Positions 26,076-37,416 of a stretch of DNA of 64,000 nt are shown here, in pieces. The notes beneath the pieces were generated by a model. The model ran no database searches. It had not been told where the DNA came from and was given only the letters and a program-made list of their open reading frames with translations. How positions within the stretch are numbered: position 1 is the first letter of the stretch; each line of letters begins with the position of its first letter. The DNA is from Pseudomonadota bacterium (GTDB lineage Bacteria; Pseudomonadota; Gammaproteobacteria; Burkholderiales; Gallionellaceae). The stretch covers positions 1,432-65,431 of the forward strand of contig JBFLXR010000014.1 of assembly GCA_040757065.1 (NCBI GenBank). Reading direction: 5' to 3'. A program made the position numbers and the translations under genes.

Positions 26076-26616
26076 GCATCAGCGTGCTTTGCGGATTCTG
26101 CAAGATGCCGAATTGATTTGTCCGGCAGAAACCGTACAAGCTGCGGTGCAGCAAGTCGCCCGCGCTGTTTGTGCGGAGCTCGACGGGGTATTTCCACTGG
26201 TACTTTCGGTAATGGGCGGTGCGGTAGTGTTTACCGGCCAGTTGCTGCCCCAGCTGAATTTTCCGCTCGATTTCGATTATGTGCATGTTTCGCGTTACGC
26301 CGATTCCAAGCGCGGCGGCGCATTGCGCTGGAAGGTGGAGCCCAGCGAGAGTGTGCGCGGCCGAACGGTGCTGGTGCTGGACGATATTCTGGATGAAGGT
26401 GAGACGCTGGCGGCGGTGAAGCAGCGTCTGCTGGACTTGGGAGCAGAGAAGGTTTATTGCGCTGTGTTGGCGGATAAGTTGCACGGACGCGCAAAACCGC
26501 TGCGGGCGGATTTCGTCGGTCTGGAGGTGCCGGATCGCTTCGTCTTCGGTTGCGGGATGGATATTCATGGCGCATGGCGCAATTTGCCTGCGATTTATGC
26601 GGTAAAGGAGGGGTGA
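26068..26616 (+). CDS. Hypoxanthine/guanine phosphoribosyltransferase family protein
   Basis: 182 aa. [18 protein letters not shown]-binding loop. Paired with an MTA/MTI phosphorylase. Confidence 0.85.
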
Positions 26617-26617
26617 G

Positions 26618-27361
26618 ATGCTGGCAATCATAGGCGGAACGGGGCTCACGCAACTGGCGAATCTGAAAATTACCCACCGGCAAGTGATTCGTACACCTTA
26701 TGGCGAACCTTCCGGCGCACTGACCTTCGGAACGATCGGCGATCAGGAGGTGATCTTTCTGGCGCGTCACGGGTATGGTCATACGATTCCGCCGCATCAG
26801 GTTAATTACCGGGCGAACTTGTGGGCATTGAAAGAACAGGGCGTCAAAAACGTGGTGGCAGTCGCGGGCGTCGGCGGAATTCGTGCCGATTTGCGTCCCG
26901 GTACGCTTGTTGTACCCGATCAGATTATCGATTACACCTATGGGCGTGAATTTACTTTTTTCGATAGCAGCGAAAATTCGGTTACGCACATCGATTTTAC
27001 TGTGCCGTATACCGAACCGTTGCGTCAACGCCTGCTGACTGCAGCGAAACGTGCCGACGAAGTTTGTTTGAACGGCGGTGTGTATGCGGCGACGCAAGGG
27101 CCGCGGCTGGAAACTGCTGCAGAGATCAATCGTCTCGAGCGCGATGGCGCCGATATGGTTGGGATGACGGGCATGCCGGAAACGGCGCTGGCACGTGAAA
27201 TCGGGCTGCATTACGCGACGATCGCAGTGGTGCTGAACGATGCAGCCGGGCGCGGCGAGAGCCGGGGAGAAATCAACCTCGATAGCGTTAATGTCGTGGC
27301 AGAGCGCGCAATGGCTAGTGTGCGCAGTATCTTGGAGAATCTGGTCGGCAATGGCGATTAA
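26618..27361 (+). CDS. S-methyl-5'-thioadenosine / S-methyl-5'-thioinosine phosphorylase (PNP family 2)
   Basis: 247 aa. [40 protein letters not shown]. Confidence 0.88.
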   Translation: MLAIIGGTGLTQLANLKITHRQVIRTPYGEPSGALTFGTIGDQEVIFLARHGYGHTIPPHQVNYRANLWALKEQGVKNVVAVAGVGGIRADLRPGTLVVPDQIIDYTYGREFTFFDSSENSVTHIDFTVPYTEPLRQRLLTAAKRADEVCLNGGVYAATQGPRLETAAEINRLERDGADMVGMTGMPETALAREIGLHYATIAVVLNDAAGRGESRGEINLDSVNVVAERAMASVRSILENLVGNGD

Positions 27362-27893
27362 ACCCGTATTGCGGATGGGTGATCCGCGCTTGCTGCGTTG
27401 CGCGGAAGCGGTCGAGGTGTTCAATACGCCCGAGCTGCATGCTTTGCTGCGGGATATGCATGACACCATGGCGGCCGAGAGCGGTGTCGGGCTGGCTGCC
27501 CCGCAAATCGGGATCAATTTGCGGGTGGTGATTTTCGGTTTCGAGCAGAGTGCGCGTTATCCCGATGCCGGGGCAGTGCCTTACACCGTACTGATTAATC
27601 CTGTCATTACCCCGCTCGATGAAACGCAGGAAGAAGGTTGGGAGGGGTGCCTCAGTGTGCCGGGACTGCGCGGCTGGGTGCCGCGTTACAGCCGGATCCA
27701 CTACCGAGGATTCGATGTCTGTGGCAAGCCGATTGACCGGGAGGCGGAGGGCTTTCACGCACGGGTGGTGCAACATGAATGTGACCATCTTGACGGCGTG
27801 CTGTATCCGCGGCGCATACGAGACCTGACGCGATTCGGGTATTCTGAAACGATATCCCTTCTGGAAGAGGATGGAACGGAGGATTCCGAATGA
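27351..27893 (+). CDS. def: Peptide deformylase
   Basis: ATG 27351 (M38 of ORF 27240..27893). [27 protein letters not shown] metal-binding motifs. Confidence 0.95.
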   Translation: MAIKPVLRMGDPRLLRCAEAVEVFNTPELHALLRDMHDTMAAESGVGLAAPQIGINLRVVIFGFEQSARYPDAGAVPYTVLINPVITPLDETQEEGWEGCLSVPGLRGWVPRYSRIHYRGFDVCGKPIDREAEGFHARVVQHECDHLDGVLYPRRIRDLTRFGYSETISLLEEDGTEDSE

Positions 27894-28918
27894 TAATGGA
27901 TGTGACGTCGCAACGGGTATACCGCAGTTTTATCTGGGGTACGGCGGCACTGGTGGCGGTGATGGTCGGCGGTACGGTCGGTTATCGCTATATCGGCGGC
28001 GACCAGTATTCGTGGATGGACTGTTTCTATATGACGTTCATCACGATTGCGACGATCGGTTACGGCGAAATCGTCGATTTGTCGAACAGCGACTATGGGC
28101 GCATGTTCACGGTGATTATCGGCTTTGCCGGTATCGCTTCTCTGAGTTATCTGTTATCCACGGTGACGGCCTTTATTCTGGAAGGCGATATCAATCTGAC
28201 TTGGCGGAGAAAGAAAATGCTGCAAAAAATCGCAAAAATGCACGATCACTATATCGTTTGCGGGGTGGGGCGTGTGGGGAGCAATGTCGCACACGAATTG
28301 CAGATGACGGGGCGTCCGTGCGTGATTATCGATGAGGATATGCAGCATATCGAAAATTATTTGCTGAAACATCCCGAGCAGTTGTACTTGCACGGCGATG
28401 CCACGGATAACGATATTTTACTGGCGGCGGGAGTGAAGCATGCGCGCGGGGTGTTTGCGGTGGCGGCGGACGACAGCAAGAATCTGGTTATCAGCCTGAG
28501 CGCAAAACAACTGAACCCGAACGTGCGCGTGGTGGCGCGTTGCCACGATGTGAAAAACGTGGAAAAAACCCGTCGTGCTGGCGCGGACGAAATCATCTCT
28601 CCCGACTTTACCGGCGGTTTGCGCATCGTTTCCGCGATGGTGCGCCCGCATGTTGTTTCGTTTCTCGACGATATGCTCAAGTCGGACGACAATCTGCGTA
28701 TGGAAGAAGTGGCGCTGCCCGAGGGATTGGGCGGCAAGCCGCTATCGATTCTGAATCCGGGCGGGCGCGATTACGTGGTGCTGGCGATTTCCAACGGCGG
28801 CAAATGGGCGTTTAATCCTCCCACGCACCATACGCTGCACGGCGGGGATATTCTGATGGTGATGACGACGCCGGAAGGGCGTAACCGATTGGAGCAATTG
28901 ATTCAGGGCGTCGCGTAA
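27890..28918 (+). CDS. Potassium channel protein with RCK/TrkA-N and TrkA-C domains
   Basis: 342 aa. Pore helix and filter [17 protein letters not shown], then [15 protein letters not shown] Rossmann motif. ATGA overlap with def. Confidence 0.9.
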   Translation: MIMDVTSQRVYRSFIWGTAALVAVMVGGTVGYRYIGGDQYSWMDCFYMTFITIATIGYGEIVDLSNSDYGRMFTVIIGFAGIASLSYLLSTVTAFILEGDINLTWRRKKMLQKIAKMHDHYIVCGVGRVGSNVAHELQMTGRPCVIIDEDMQHIENYLLKHPEQLYLHGDATDNDILLAAGVKHARGVFAVAADDSKNLVISLSAKQLNPNVRVVARCHDVKNVEKTRRAGADEIISPDFTGGLRIVSAMVRPHVVSFLDDMLKSDDNLRMEEVALPEGLGGKPLSILNPGGRDYVVLAISNGGKWAFNPPTHHTLHGGDILMVMTTPEGRNRLEQLIQGVA

Positions 28919-29145
28919 GCGCTATTGCTAACTGCGTAATTTCTCTCGGGCACTCCATGGGTTGGGTACGCGTGGCAGCCGAGGGAGTGGAAAATGCGGT
29001 GCAGGCAGCTATGCTGCGCGACAGGAGATGCGATTGCGGACAGGAATGTTCCGGGCGGCCTATGCAAGCCAACGAGGTGGCCCACTTCTTCACTGCGCTT
29101 GGTACTGAGTAGCGCGGCCACGCTGGCGATGGATGCTGAGATTGG

Positions 29146-29168
29146 ACAGGAAGCGCTTGGCTTCCTGT
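29146..29168. terminator. Hairpin between convergent K+ channel and MCP genes (possible bidirectional terminator)
   Basis: acaggaagc-gcttg-gcttcctgt, a perfect 9-bp stem, 13 nt downstream of the MCP stop. The flanking U-tracts are weak. Confidence 0.4.
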
Positions 29169-29180
29169 TAAATAAGCGTG

Positions 29181-30794
29181 TTACAGCGACTTTTCGAAGT
29201 GTTTGACCAGCATGATGAGTTCGTCCCCGGTATTCGCAAGTTTAACCGTGGCTTCGCTGGTGCTGCGGATGCCTTCGGTATTGCTGGCGGACAGCGACAG
29301 GATTTCGTTCATCTGGCGGCTGATGACGGCGGCCGCTTCCGACTGCTGCTTGAGCATGGCGGAAATTTCTTTAGCCATGTCGTAACTCTTATCGCTGGCA
29401 TCCAGAATTTCGTTCAGGCTGGCGCTGCTGGCATGAATCAATGCCGTGCCGTTGGTGACTTCGTTGACGGCGTGATCCATTGCGGAAACAGCATCCGTAG
29501 TGGCTTGCTGAATGGCCTCGACGGTTTTGGTAATGTCGCCGGTACTGGAGCCGGTGCGTTCGGCCAGTTTTCTGACTTCGTCGGCTACCACTGCGAAACC
29601 GCGTCCTTGTTCGCCAGCGCGCGCAGCCTCGATTGCCGCATTCAGCGCCAGCAAGTTGGTCTGGTCGGCAATTTCCTTAATCACACGGGTAACTTGACCG
29701 ATGCGCTGAATCGAGGAATCCAGATTCAAAATGGTCTGGCGCGATTGGTTAACGGTTTCTACGATCCGTTCGATAGAGGAAATGCTTTCGGACATTTGCT
29801 GGCTGCCCCGACGCACGATTTGCTCGGTGAGTTCGGCCATTTCTTCCGAATCGCGCGTATGCTGGTTGGCGTTCTCAATCGAGCCGAGCATTTGATCGAT
29901 AGCTACCCCCGCGCGGGTAACGCTTTCGGTTTGACTGTCGGAGCGGTGCAATGCCATGACCATTTCGCTGCGTACTTGATTGGCGGAATCGTCGGTGCTT
30001 TTTGCGGAAGCCATGACGTCGGCAATAATCGCGCGCAGGTTGATGCGCATGGATTCCAGCTCGTTCAGTAAGTGCCCGAACTCGTCGCGACTGTCCGAGC
30101 TGACGGTGAACTGAAAGTTGCCTTCGGCAATTTGTGCAAGTGCGTAACGCGCTTTACCGAGGAAGCGTTTCACGGTGCCGCCGAGCCAGAGACGCGCGAA
30201 GATCGTCAGCAAAGTGCCGCAGAGTACGACGGAAGCGATGACCTGATCGAGCAGTGTTTTCGCTTCCATGAAATAGTAGAAATTACTACCGCCCAGCAAT
30301 ACCGCCATGGTAATAAAGACGATATTCAGGCGGGTAGTAAAGGAGATGTCGTCGAGGCGGAATTTGCGCTTGGGCAGGGAGGCGCGCCCTTCGCGCAAGG
30401 CCTTGTACAAGCCTTCGCAGGCTTCGACTTCCTTGCGGTCCGGTATGTTGCGAACCGACATATAGCCGACTTTTTTGCCGTTTTCGATGATGGGAGTGAC
30501 ATAGGCTTCGACCCAGTAGAAATCCCCGGTCTTACAGCGGTTCTTCACCACGCCGCGCCACGGCAAGTCTTGCTTGATGGTGTCCCACAGCCACTGGAAG
30601 GCGGCGGCGGGCATATCCGGATGGCGGACGATATTGTGGTTTTTACCCAGCAATTCTTCCTTGCTGTAGCCGCTGATATCGACGAACGTCTGGTTGACGT
30701 AAGTGATAATCCCTTTTAGATCGGTCTTACTGACGATCGGCCTGCCGGCCTGCATGAACACTTCGTTATTAGTAACTGGCGTGTTGATTTTCAT
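29181..30794 (-). CDS. Methyl-accepting chemotaxis protein with N-terminal PAS domain (Aer-like architecture)
   Basis: 537 aa. [46 protein letters not shown], two TM helices, HAMP, highly conserved signalling hairpin [40 protein letters not shown]. Confidence 0.93.
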   Translation of the reverse strand: MKINTPVTNNEVFMQAGRPIVSKTDLKGIITYVNQTFVDISGYSKEELLGKNHNIVRHPDMPAAAFQWLWDTIKQDLPWRGVVKNRCKTGDFYWVEAYVTPIIENGKKVGYMSVRNIPDRKEVEACEGLYKALREGRASLPKRKFRLDDISFTTRLNIVFITMAVLLGGSNFYYFMEAKTLLDQVIASVVLCGTLLTIFARLWLGGTVKRFLGKARYALAQIAEGNFQFTVSSDSRDEFGHLLNELESMRINLRAIIADVMASAKSTDDSANQVRSEMVMALHRSDSQTESVTRAGVAIDQMLGSIENANQHTRDSEEMAELTEQIVRRGSQQMSESISSIERIVETVNQSRQTILNLDSSIQRIGQVTRVIKEIADQTNLLALNAAIEAARAGEQGRGFAVVADEVRKLAERTGSSTGDITKTVEAIQQATTDAVSAMDHAVNEVTNGTALIHASSASLNEILDASDKSYDMAKEISAMLKQQSEAAAVISRQMNEILSLSASNTEGIRSTSEATVKLANTGDELIMLVKHFEKSL

Positions 30795-30850
30795 AATAAT
30801 TACCCACTGACTCCCTGATTGCCAGTATAACGGTAGATATTACTATGTTT

Positions 30851-30888
30851 AAAGCGAAAAGAAGGGTAATCCCCCTCTTTTTCGCTTT
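30851..30888 (-). terminator. Stem-loop downstream of acnA (likely terminator)
   Basis: AAAGCGAAAA...TTTTCGCTTT, a 10-bp stem (extendable by 2 bp with a bulge) with a loop of about 13 nt, starting 6 nt past the acnA stop. Confidence 0.5.
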
Positions 30889-30893
30889 GCAAC

Positions 30894-33737
30894 TTAGGAT
30901 TTTCCGATTAGTTCGCGCAGAACGTACGGCAGAATGCCGCCGTGACGGTAGTAATCGACCTCGATCGGCGTGTCGATACGCAGCAGAAGCGGTACATGCT
31001 GAGCAGTGCCATCCTTGCGGCGAATGGTCAGTGTGACGTCTTGTTGCGGCTTCAGGTTTTCGTCGATGCCGCTCAGATCGAAGGTTTCGTCTCCGGTCAG
31101 GTTCAGCGAGGCTACGCTGTCGCTGTCTTTAAATTGCAGCGGCAAGACCCCCATGCCGACCAAATTGCTGCGGTGAATGCGCTCATAGCTTTTGGCGACG
31201 ACCGCTTTTACGCCGAGCAGTTGGGTACCTTTGGCGGCCCAGTCGCGCGAAGATCCGGTTCCGTACTCTTCGCCAGCGAAAATAACGGTCGGGGTGCCTG
31301 ATTCGATGTGGCGCATTGCGGCATCGTAAATCGGCATTTGCTCGCCGTTATATAAAGTGAAGCCACCTTCTACGCGGCTGCCGTCTGGGTTTGCGGGTAG
31401 CATCAGGTTTTTGATGCGCACGTTGGCAAAGGTGCCGCGCATCATGACCTCGTGATTACCGCGCCGGGCGCCATAGCTGTTGAAATCTTTTATTGCTACG
31501 CCCTTGCCTTGCAGGAATTTACCTGCCGGGGTGGAGGGTTTGAAGCTGCCTGCCGGGCTGATATGGTCGGTCGTGACCGAGTCGCCGAGAATGGCCAGCG
31601 CCCTTGCTCCCTTGATTTCGCGGATTGTGCCGGTTTGCATGCCGAATTGTTCAAAGAACGGCGGACGGGCGATATAAGTGGAGTCGTCCCACTGGTACAA
31701 GTCGCCGGTCGGTGCAGGAATGGCATTCCACAACGGCAAATCTTTGGTCAAATCGCTGTACAGCGTGCGATAAACATTCGGATCGCTGGCGAATTTTGCG
31801 ACGGTATGTACTTCGGCATTGCTTGGCCAGATGTCTTTCAGGTAAACAGGTTCGCCATCTTTACCGATGCCCAGCGGTTCGGTTTCCAGGTTGATATTAA
31901 CCTTGCCGGCAATCGCAAAAGCGACCACTAGGGGCGGGGAGGTCAAGAAGTTGGCCTTGATATTTGCGTGAATCCGCGCTTCGAAGTTGCGGTTGCCGGA
32001 CAGCACGGCTGCGGCAATGATATCGTTTTTGACGATGGCCTCTTCCAATTTGGCATCCAGCGGGCCGGAATTACCGATACAAGTCGTACAGCCATAAGCG
32101 GCAACGCTGAAGCCTAACTGCGCCAGCGGTTCCAGCAAGCCGGCGTTTTTCAGATATTCGGTGACCACGCGCGATCCGGGCGCCAGCGAGGTCTTGATGT
32201 GCGGTGCAACGCGCAAGCCTTTGGCGACGGCTTTTTTCGCCAATAAGCCGGCTGCCAGCAGCACGCCGGGGTTCGAGGTGTTAGTACAAGATGTGATGGC
32301 CGCGATGAGTACATCGCCGTTACCGATTTCGACTTGCGGCAGCATTTCCCCGCTGCTTTCGCAGCGGACGGCAGGGGTGGGGTGTTCGCCCGACATTTCC
32401 ATTTCGCTGCTGTTGGCGCTGCCGGCTTCTTGCGAGCCGCCGCCGGAAACCGGGATGCAGACTTCGCTGCGGCGATCCGGCAGGCCGGTGGCAAAACGCT
32501 GGTTCAGCTTTTCGGCGGGCTGGTTAAAACCGTTTTCCGCTACTGGCTTGCTGAACAAACCGTTGAAGGTCTCTTGCATAGACGACAGCAGCACGCGGTC
32601 TTGCGGGCGCTTCGGGCCGGCCAGCGAAGGTTGAATCGAGGACAGGTCGAGTTCCACTACGCTGCTGTAATCGATGCTGCCTGCTTGTGGAATGCCGAAC
32701 AGATTTTGCGCCTTGAAGTAGGCGGCAAATGCCTCGACTTCTTCTTCGCTGCGGCCGGTATTGCGCATGAAGTCGACTGTGACGTCGTCAACCGGGAAAA
32801 ACCCCATGGTCGCGCCGTATTCCGGGGCCATGTTTGCGATGGTGGCGCGATCCGGCAAGGTCAGCGCGGCAGTGCCTTCGCCGAAGAATTCGACGAACTT
32901 ACCGACGACTTTGTGCTTGCGCAGCAATTCGGTGATGGTCAGTACCAGGTCGGTGGCGGTGACGCCGTCACGCAGCATGCCTTTCAACTGTACGCCGACC
33001 ACATCCGGGGTCAGGAAATAGACCGGCTGGCCGAGCATGCCGGCTTCGGCTTCGATGCCGCCTACGCCCCAGCCGACCACGCCGATGCCGTTAATCATGG
33101 TGGTGTGGCTGTCGGTGCCGACCAGCGTGTCGGGATAGTAAACCCCATCCTTGAATTGTACGCCGCGCGCCAGATATTCCAGATTGACCTGATGCACGAT
33201 GCCGATGCCGGGCGGAACGACTTTGAAGGTATCGAATGCCTGCATCCCCCACTTCATGAACTTGTAGCGTTCGGTATTGCGTTCGAACTCGAGTTCCATG
33301 TTCAGTTTCAACGCATCCGGGCTGTTGTAGTGATCGACTTGCACCGAATGGTCGACGACCAGATTTACCGGTACCAGCGGTTCGATGATTTTCGGATTTT
33401 GGCCCATTTTCGCCGCTGCATCGCGCATGGCGGCCAAATCAGCGAGCAGCGGTACGCCGGTAAAGTCTTGCAGCACGATACGCGCAACAACGAAGGGAAT
33501 TTCTTCGGTGCGGGCGGCTGTCGGTTGCCAGTTGGCCAGTTGGCGCACATGCTGTTCGGAGACCTTCTTGTCGTCGAAATTGCGCAACACGGATTCCAGC
33601 ACGATGCGGATCGAAACCGGCAGCCGGGAAATATTGCCTATGCCGGCTTGTTCCAGAGCGGGGAGCGAATAGTAATGTCCGGATTTTCCGTTGGACAGGG
33701 TCAGTGTTTGGCGCGAATTGAACAGGTTGTGTGGCAT
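30894..33737 (-). CDS. acnA: Aconitate hydratase A
   Basis: ORF 30894..33761 (955 aa); the second ATG at 33737 gives [12 protein letters not shown], closer to family N-termini. [53 protein letters not shown] Fe-S ligand motifs. Confidence 0.95.
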   Translation of the reverse strand: MPHNLFNSRQTLTLSNGKSGHYYSLPALEQAGIGNISRLPVSIRIVLESVLRNFDDKKVSEQHVRQLANWQPTAARTEEIPFVVARIVLQDFTGVPLLADLAAMRDAAAKMGQNPKIIEPLVPVNLVVDHSVQVDHYNSPDALKLNMELEFERNTERYKFMKWGMQAFDTFKVVPPGIGIVHQVNLEYLARGVQFKDGVYYPDTLVGTDSHTTMINGIGVVGWGVGGIEAEAGMLGQPVYFLTPDVVGVQLKGMLRDGVTATDLVLTITELLRKHKVVGKFVEFFGEGTAALTLPDRATIANMAPEYGATMGFFPVDDVTVDFMRNTGRSEEEVEAFAAYFKAQNLFGIPQAGSIDYSSVVELDLSSIQPSLAGPKRPQDRVLLSSMQETFNGLFSKPVAENGFNQPAEKLNQRFATGLPDRRSEVCIPVSGGGSQEAGSANSSEMEMSGEHPTPAVRCESSGEMLPQVEIGNGDVLIAAITSCTNTSNPGVLLAAGLLAKKAVAKGLRVAPHIKTSLAPGSRVVTEYLKNAGLLEPLAQLGFSVAAYGCTTCIGNSGPLDAKLEEAIVKNDIIAAAVLSGNRNFEARIHANIKANFLTSPPLVVAFAIAGKVNINLETEPLGIGKDGEPVYLKDIWPSNAEVHTVAKFASDPNVYRTLYSDLTKDLPLWNAIPAPTGDLYQWDDSTYIARPPFFEQFGMQTGTIREIKGARALAILGDSVTTDHISPAGSFKPSTPAGKFLQGKGVAIKDFNSYGARRGNHEVMMRGTFANVRIKNLMLPANPDGSRVEGGFTLYNGEQMPIYDAAMRHIESGTPTVIFAGEEYGTGSSRDWAAKGTQLLGVKAVVAKSYERIHRSNLVGMGVLPLQFKDSDSVASLNLTGDETFDLSGIDENLKPQQDVTLTIRRKDGTAQHVPLLLRIDTPIEVDYYRHGGILPYVLRELIGKS

Positions 33738-33939
33738 GAAGCAAAACTCCGAAACAGGCATGAAAATATGCGCAATTATACCGCGCGCGCACCAATTTCG
33801 CTTTCAAAAACGGGTACTGGCCGGTACAGGGCTAGGCTTTGTGCTAACTGTTTATATATATTATGAAATATTGTTTTATTCCATCCGGCGAATAAGATGG
33901 GTGCATGTCCATGCAAACTTTCTATGGAGGGTGCGCAAA

Positions 33940-34131
33940 ATGTTTACCGATTTCTCTGCGGTCGTATTTGTGATGTTCTTGGTGACTTCGTTTACGTATG
34001 CAGTGTATGCAACCAACCGTTCGCACGGCGAAGCGGTGACGGAGGCTTTGTCCGAGGCCGTGATATGGGGCGTGGCGCTGTTGATTTATACCGTGGTCGA
34101 TTTCTTTATCGTCACTTCAAATATGTTGTGA
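33940..34131 (+). CDS. Hypothetical small two-TM membrane protein (63 aa)
   Basis: ATG at 33940 (M84 of ORF 33691..34131), preceded by GGAGGG with an 8-nt spacer. MFTDFSAVVFVMFLVTSFTYAVYA...AVIWGVALLIYTVVDFFIV forms two hydrophobic helices. No recognisable family. Confidence 0.4.
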   Translation: MFTDFSAVVFVMFLVTSFTYAVYATNRSHGEAVTEALSEAVIWGVALLIYTVVDFFIVTSNML

Positions 34132-34259
34132 TCGGCTTCGCCGGCGAATTCAGGCGCGCACATTGACGAAAATGGGGGAGCTACGGCGTGCGATCTTGCG
34201 TATTGCGCAGGTTCGGCGTATTAATCGCGTGTGCCTAAATCCATTTGCGAGGTGCCGCG

Positions 34260-34892
34260 ATGTTCAGTGACCGAAACAGTGCCGCATTGCAGTTGGCCGA
34301 GCGACTGCAGACATATAGCGGCCAGCATCCGCTGGTACTCGCTATTCCGCGCGGTGCCGTACCGATGGCGAAAATTCTGGCCGAAAAATTGCAGGGCGAC
34401 TTGGATGTGGTGCTGGTGCGCAAATTACGCGCTCCCCAGAACTCCGAACTGGCAATCGGTTCGGTAGATGAAACCGGCTGGGTCTATCTCGCCGATTATG
34501 CCCGTCAAATGGCCTCGGAAGACTATCTCGAGGCGGAAAAGAATCGGCAGTTAGCGGTGATGCGGCAACGGCGTGCAAACTATACGCCGATCCGTCCACC
34601 GGTCGATCCGCAAGGCCGGATTGTTATCGTGGTGGATGACGGTCTGGCGACAGGTTCGACCATGATTGCCGCCTTGCATGCCTTGCGCGCAAAGCAGCCG
34701 AAAAAGCTGATTTGCGCAGTGCCGGTCGCGCCTGCGGATACGCTGGAAAAGATCAAGCCTTTCGCCGATGAAACAGTATGCCTGAGCGTGCCGCCGGTGT
34801 TTTATGCCGTCGGCCAATTCTATGCCGATTTTCCCCAAATCAACGATGATGAAGTTGTAAATCTACTTAGCACGGATGACGGAAATGCATAG
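34260..34892 (+). CDS. Phosphoribosyltransferase family protein (type I PRT fold, unknown substrate)
   Basis: ATG 34260 inside ORF 34245..34892. MFSDRNSAALQLAERL..., LVLAIPRGAVPMA, VIVVDDGLATGSTMIAAL PRPP loop. Confidence 0.85.
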   Translation: MFSDRNSAALQLAERLQTYSGQHPLVLAIPRGAVPMAKILAEKLQGDLDVVLVRKLRAPQNSELAIGSVDETGWVYLADYARQMASEDYLEAEKNRQLAVMRQRRANYTPIRPPVDPQGRIVIVVDDGLATGSTMIAALHALRAKQPKKLICAVPVAPADTLEKIKPFADETVCLSVPPVFYAVGQFYADFPQINDDEVVNLLSTDDGNA

Positions 34893-34923
34893 TTTCTAGC
34901 GATCCGGTTATTGGGAGGGACGT

Positions 34924-37416
34924 ATGCCGATGTCTTATCCTGAAAGTTGGGAATTAGTGCTGCATCTTGTCAGTATCCTGCTTGCAGGCGGGGCGATTGT
35001 CTGGACTTCGCGTCTGACTTTTGTGTCGCGCCGGACAGGTGTGTGGCTGCTCCTTTCCATTGCGTTTGCCATCTTGGCGGGAGAGCGGATTGCCGGGCTA
35101 TTTTATCCGGAGGTAAGTCGAGTCCGGGATAGCGGCACAGAATTGTTGGATGACTTTCTGCATTTGGTGATTTCCGGGTTGTTGCTAGCAGGCATTTACC
35201 ACTTGCGGCTCGTGTTTCTCGAACGCCAAGAGGAGCAACGAAAACTTTCGAAGCAATATGACGAGTTACAGCGCTTATACAACATACTGTTGTCGCGCGA
35301 ATTGCGCCTGAAAGAATTATTCGAAGAAAACCGATCCTTGAAGAGTCTTTTATCCAAACACCCCGAGCTTTTTGCGTTGCCGGATATGCAACGAGATATT
35401 GCAGTAACGCCGAGTCCGCCCGCAATGAAACGAAAGGCGGACTCAATTCAGATACCCGAATGGATGGACGTTCCGCAAGCAGATGGGAATATCGTGCAAG
35501 AGCGTACCGCGCTGTTGTTTTTGTTGGAAGATATTGAGCGAATTCGCCATCAGATCGAGCAGGCGCACAGGGAATGGACCGATGCGCTGGATGCCGTTCA
35601 CGATCCGGTATTCATGCACGATCAGGCTTACCGGATATTGCGCTGCAATCGCGCTTATGCAGAGCGGGCCGGCATGCGGGTTAAGGAGGTGATCGGAAAA
35701 GTGTACTGGGAAGTTTTTCCCAAGCTGCCGGGGCCGCAGCTAGGTTGTTGTAAATCCATGCAGGATGCCGAGGAGCAGAAAGAACTCATGATCGAGGGTG
35801 GGGAAATCTTTTTGTCTCGTTCATTCGCGGTACGAAGTTCGGAAGGAATGTATTTATATTCTTTACACATTATGGAGGATATTACCGAGCGGAAACGTGC
35901 CGAGGCGACTATAGCGCAGAGTGAGAGGCGTTACCATTCCTTGTTTGACAATATGCTGGAGGGATTCGCCTATTGCAAAATGGAATTCGTGAGCGGTAAG
36001 GCAACGGATTTTATTTATCTCGATGTAAACATGGCGTTCGAAAGACTGTCGGGTCTTAAAGATGTCGTCGGGAAAAGGGTCAGCGAAGTAATTCCCGGTA
36101 TTCAGCAGACCAATCCAGAATTGTTCGAAATTTACGGGCAGGTTGCGCTGAGTGGGGAGCCAGCGCGTTTCGAAACGTATATCGAAAGACTGGAAACATG
36201 GTTTTATCTGTCGGTTTACAGCATGGAAAAAGGATATTTCGTTGCTGTGTTTGACAATATTACCGAGCGGAAACGCACCGATCTCGATTTGCGCAAGCTG
36301 AACCGTGCACTGATCATATTGAGCCGATGTAACGAGATATTGGTACATGCTTCTGAAGAGAATGCGCTTTTGAAAGAAATGTGCGACATCATCGTTGAGA
36401 CGGGCGGTTATCTGCTGACATGGGTCGGTTATGCGGAACGCGATGAACAAAAAAGCGTTCGACCGGTCGCTTCTGCCGGTGACGATGAGCATTATCTGGC
36501 TCAGGCCCGCATATCTTGGGGGGATGTGGAGCGCGGGCACGGTCCGGTCGGTATGGCAATTCGGACGCAAACTGCGCAGTTGACGCGTGACACCCTGACG
36601 GATCCGGCTTACCGGCCTTGGCTCGATAGTGGCATCAAGCTCGGATTTCGCTCGATTCTTGCGTTGCCGCTGGCTTCGGTCGGGCAGACTCTGGGGGCGC
36701 TTGCGATTTATTCTCCAGAAGCTGACGGGTTTTCCGATGAGGAAATTCGGTTGCTGAGTGAGCTTGCAGACGATCTTGCATTCGGGATTGTGACTTTACG
36801 CGTCCGCAGCTTGCAAGTGCGAACGGCTGAGCGTTTGCAGGCGAGTCTTGAGGGAACCATAGTCGCGATGGCTGCGGTCGTGGAAATGCGCGATCCTTAT
36901 ACTGCAGGCCACCAGCGCAGAGTGGCGGCATTGGCAGGGGCAATTGCGCGGGAGATCGGTTTGTCGGAGGATGAAGTGCATGGTATTCATCTGGCCGCGA
37001 TGATTCACGATCTCGGAAAAATTCAGATACCTTCCGAAATCTTAACCAAGCCGACCAAGCTAACCGCGCTGGAACATGAGATGATTAAAGTTCATCCGGC
37101 AGCGGGCTACGACATTTTGAAAGGGATCGATTTCCCTTGGCCAATTGCAGAAATCGTTTATCAACATCATGAACGAATCGATGGTTCAGGTTATCCGCGT
37201 GGATTGAAAAATAACCAAATTTCCATGGGAGCCAGAATATTGGCTGTCGCCGATACGGTCGAAGCGATGTCTTCTCATCGTCCTTACCGGCCGGGATTCG
37301 GAATAGAGGCTGCGTTGGAGGAAATCGTTCAGTTCAGAGGGACGCACTATGACCCGATTACGGTCGATATTTGCGTGAAATTGTTTTCTGAGAAGCGTTT
37401 TATGTTTTCGGAATAG
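34924..37416 (+). CDS. Membrane-anchored multi-sensor HD-GYP phosphodiesterase (TM region, coiled coil, PAS/PAC repeats, GAF, HD-GYP)
   Basis: 830 aa. Repeated PAC ends (EDITERKRAE, DNITERKRTD), GAF-like segment, HD-GYP core HQRRVAALAGAIA...AAMIHDLGKIQIP...HHERIDGSGYPRGL. GGGAGGG SD. Confidence 0.9.
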   Translation: MPMSYPESWELVLHLVSILLAGGAIVWTSRLTFVSRRTGVWLLLSIAFAILAGERIAGLFYPEVSRVRDSGTELLDDFLHLVISGLLLAGIYHLRLVFLERQEEQRKLSKQYDELQRLYNILLSRELRLKELFEENRSLKSLLSKHPELFALPDMQRDIAVTPSPPAMKRKADSIQIPEWMDVPQADGNIVQERTALLFLLEDIERIRHQIEQAHREWTDALDAVHDPVFMHDQAYRILRCNRAYAERAGMRVKEVIGKVYWEVFPKLPGPQLGCCKSMQDAEEQKELMIEGGEIFLSRSFAVRSSEGMYLYSLHIMEDITERKRAEATIAQSERRYHSLFDNMLEGFAYCKMEFVSGKATDFIYLDVNMAFERLSGLKDVVGKRVSEVIPGIQQTNPELFEIYGQVALSGEPARFETYIERLETWFYLSVYSMEKGYFVAVFDNITERKRTDLDLRKLNRALIILSRCNEILVHASEENALLKEMCDIIVETGGYLLTWVGYAERDEQKSVRPVASAGDDEHYLAQARISWGDVERGHGPVGMAIRTQTAQLTRDTLTDPAYRPWLDSGIKLGFRSILALPLASVGQTLGALAIYSPEADGFSDEEIRLLSELADDLAFGIVTLRVRSLQVRTAERLQASLEGTIVAMAAVVEMRDPYTAGHQRRVAALAGAIAREIGLSEDEVHGIHLAAMIHDLGKIQIPSEILTKPTKLTALEHEMIKVHPAAGYDILKGIDFPWPIAEIVYQHHERIDGSGYPRGLKNNQISMGARILAVADTVEAMSSHRPYRPGFGIEAALEEIVQFRGTHYDPITVDICVKLFSEKRFMFSE

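Noticed and set aside
28994-29206. 70-aa Cys-rich ORF with a GGGAG-like SD in the convergent spacer.
   Set aside because: It uses rare codons (agg, cta, gga, aca), overlaps the MCP 3' end and the terminator hairpin, and has no recognisable fold signature.
33691-33939. N-terminal 83 codons of the tracked 146-aa ORF 33691..34131.
   Set aside because: This part overlaps the acnA start region and the AT-rich promoter block and reads as nonsense. Only the distal 63 codons, after the GGAGGG-ATG, look like a real membrane protein.
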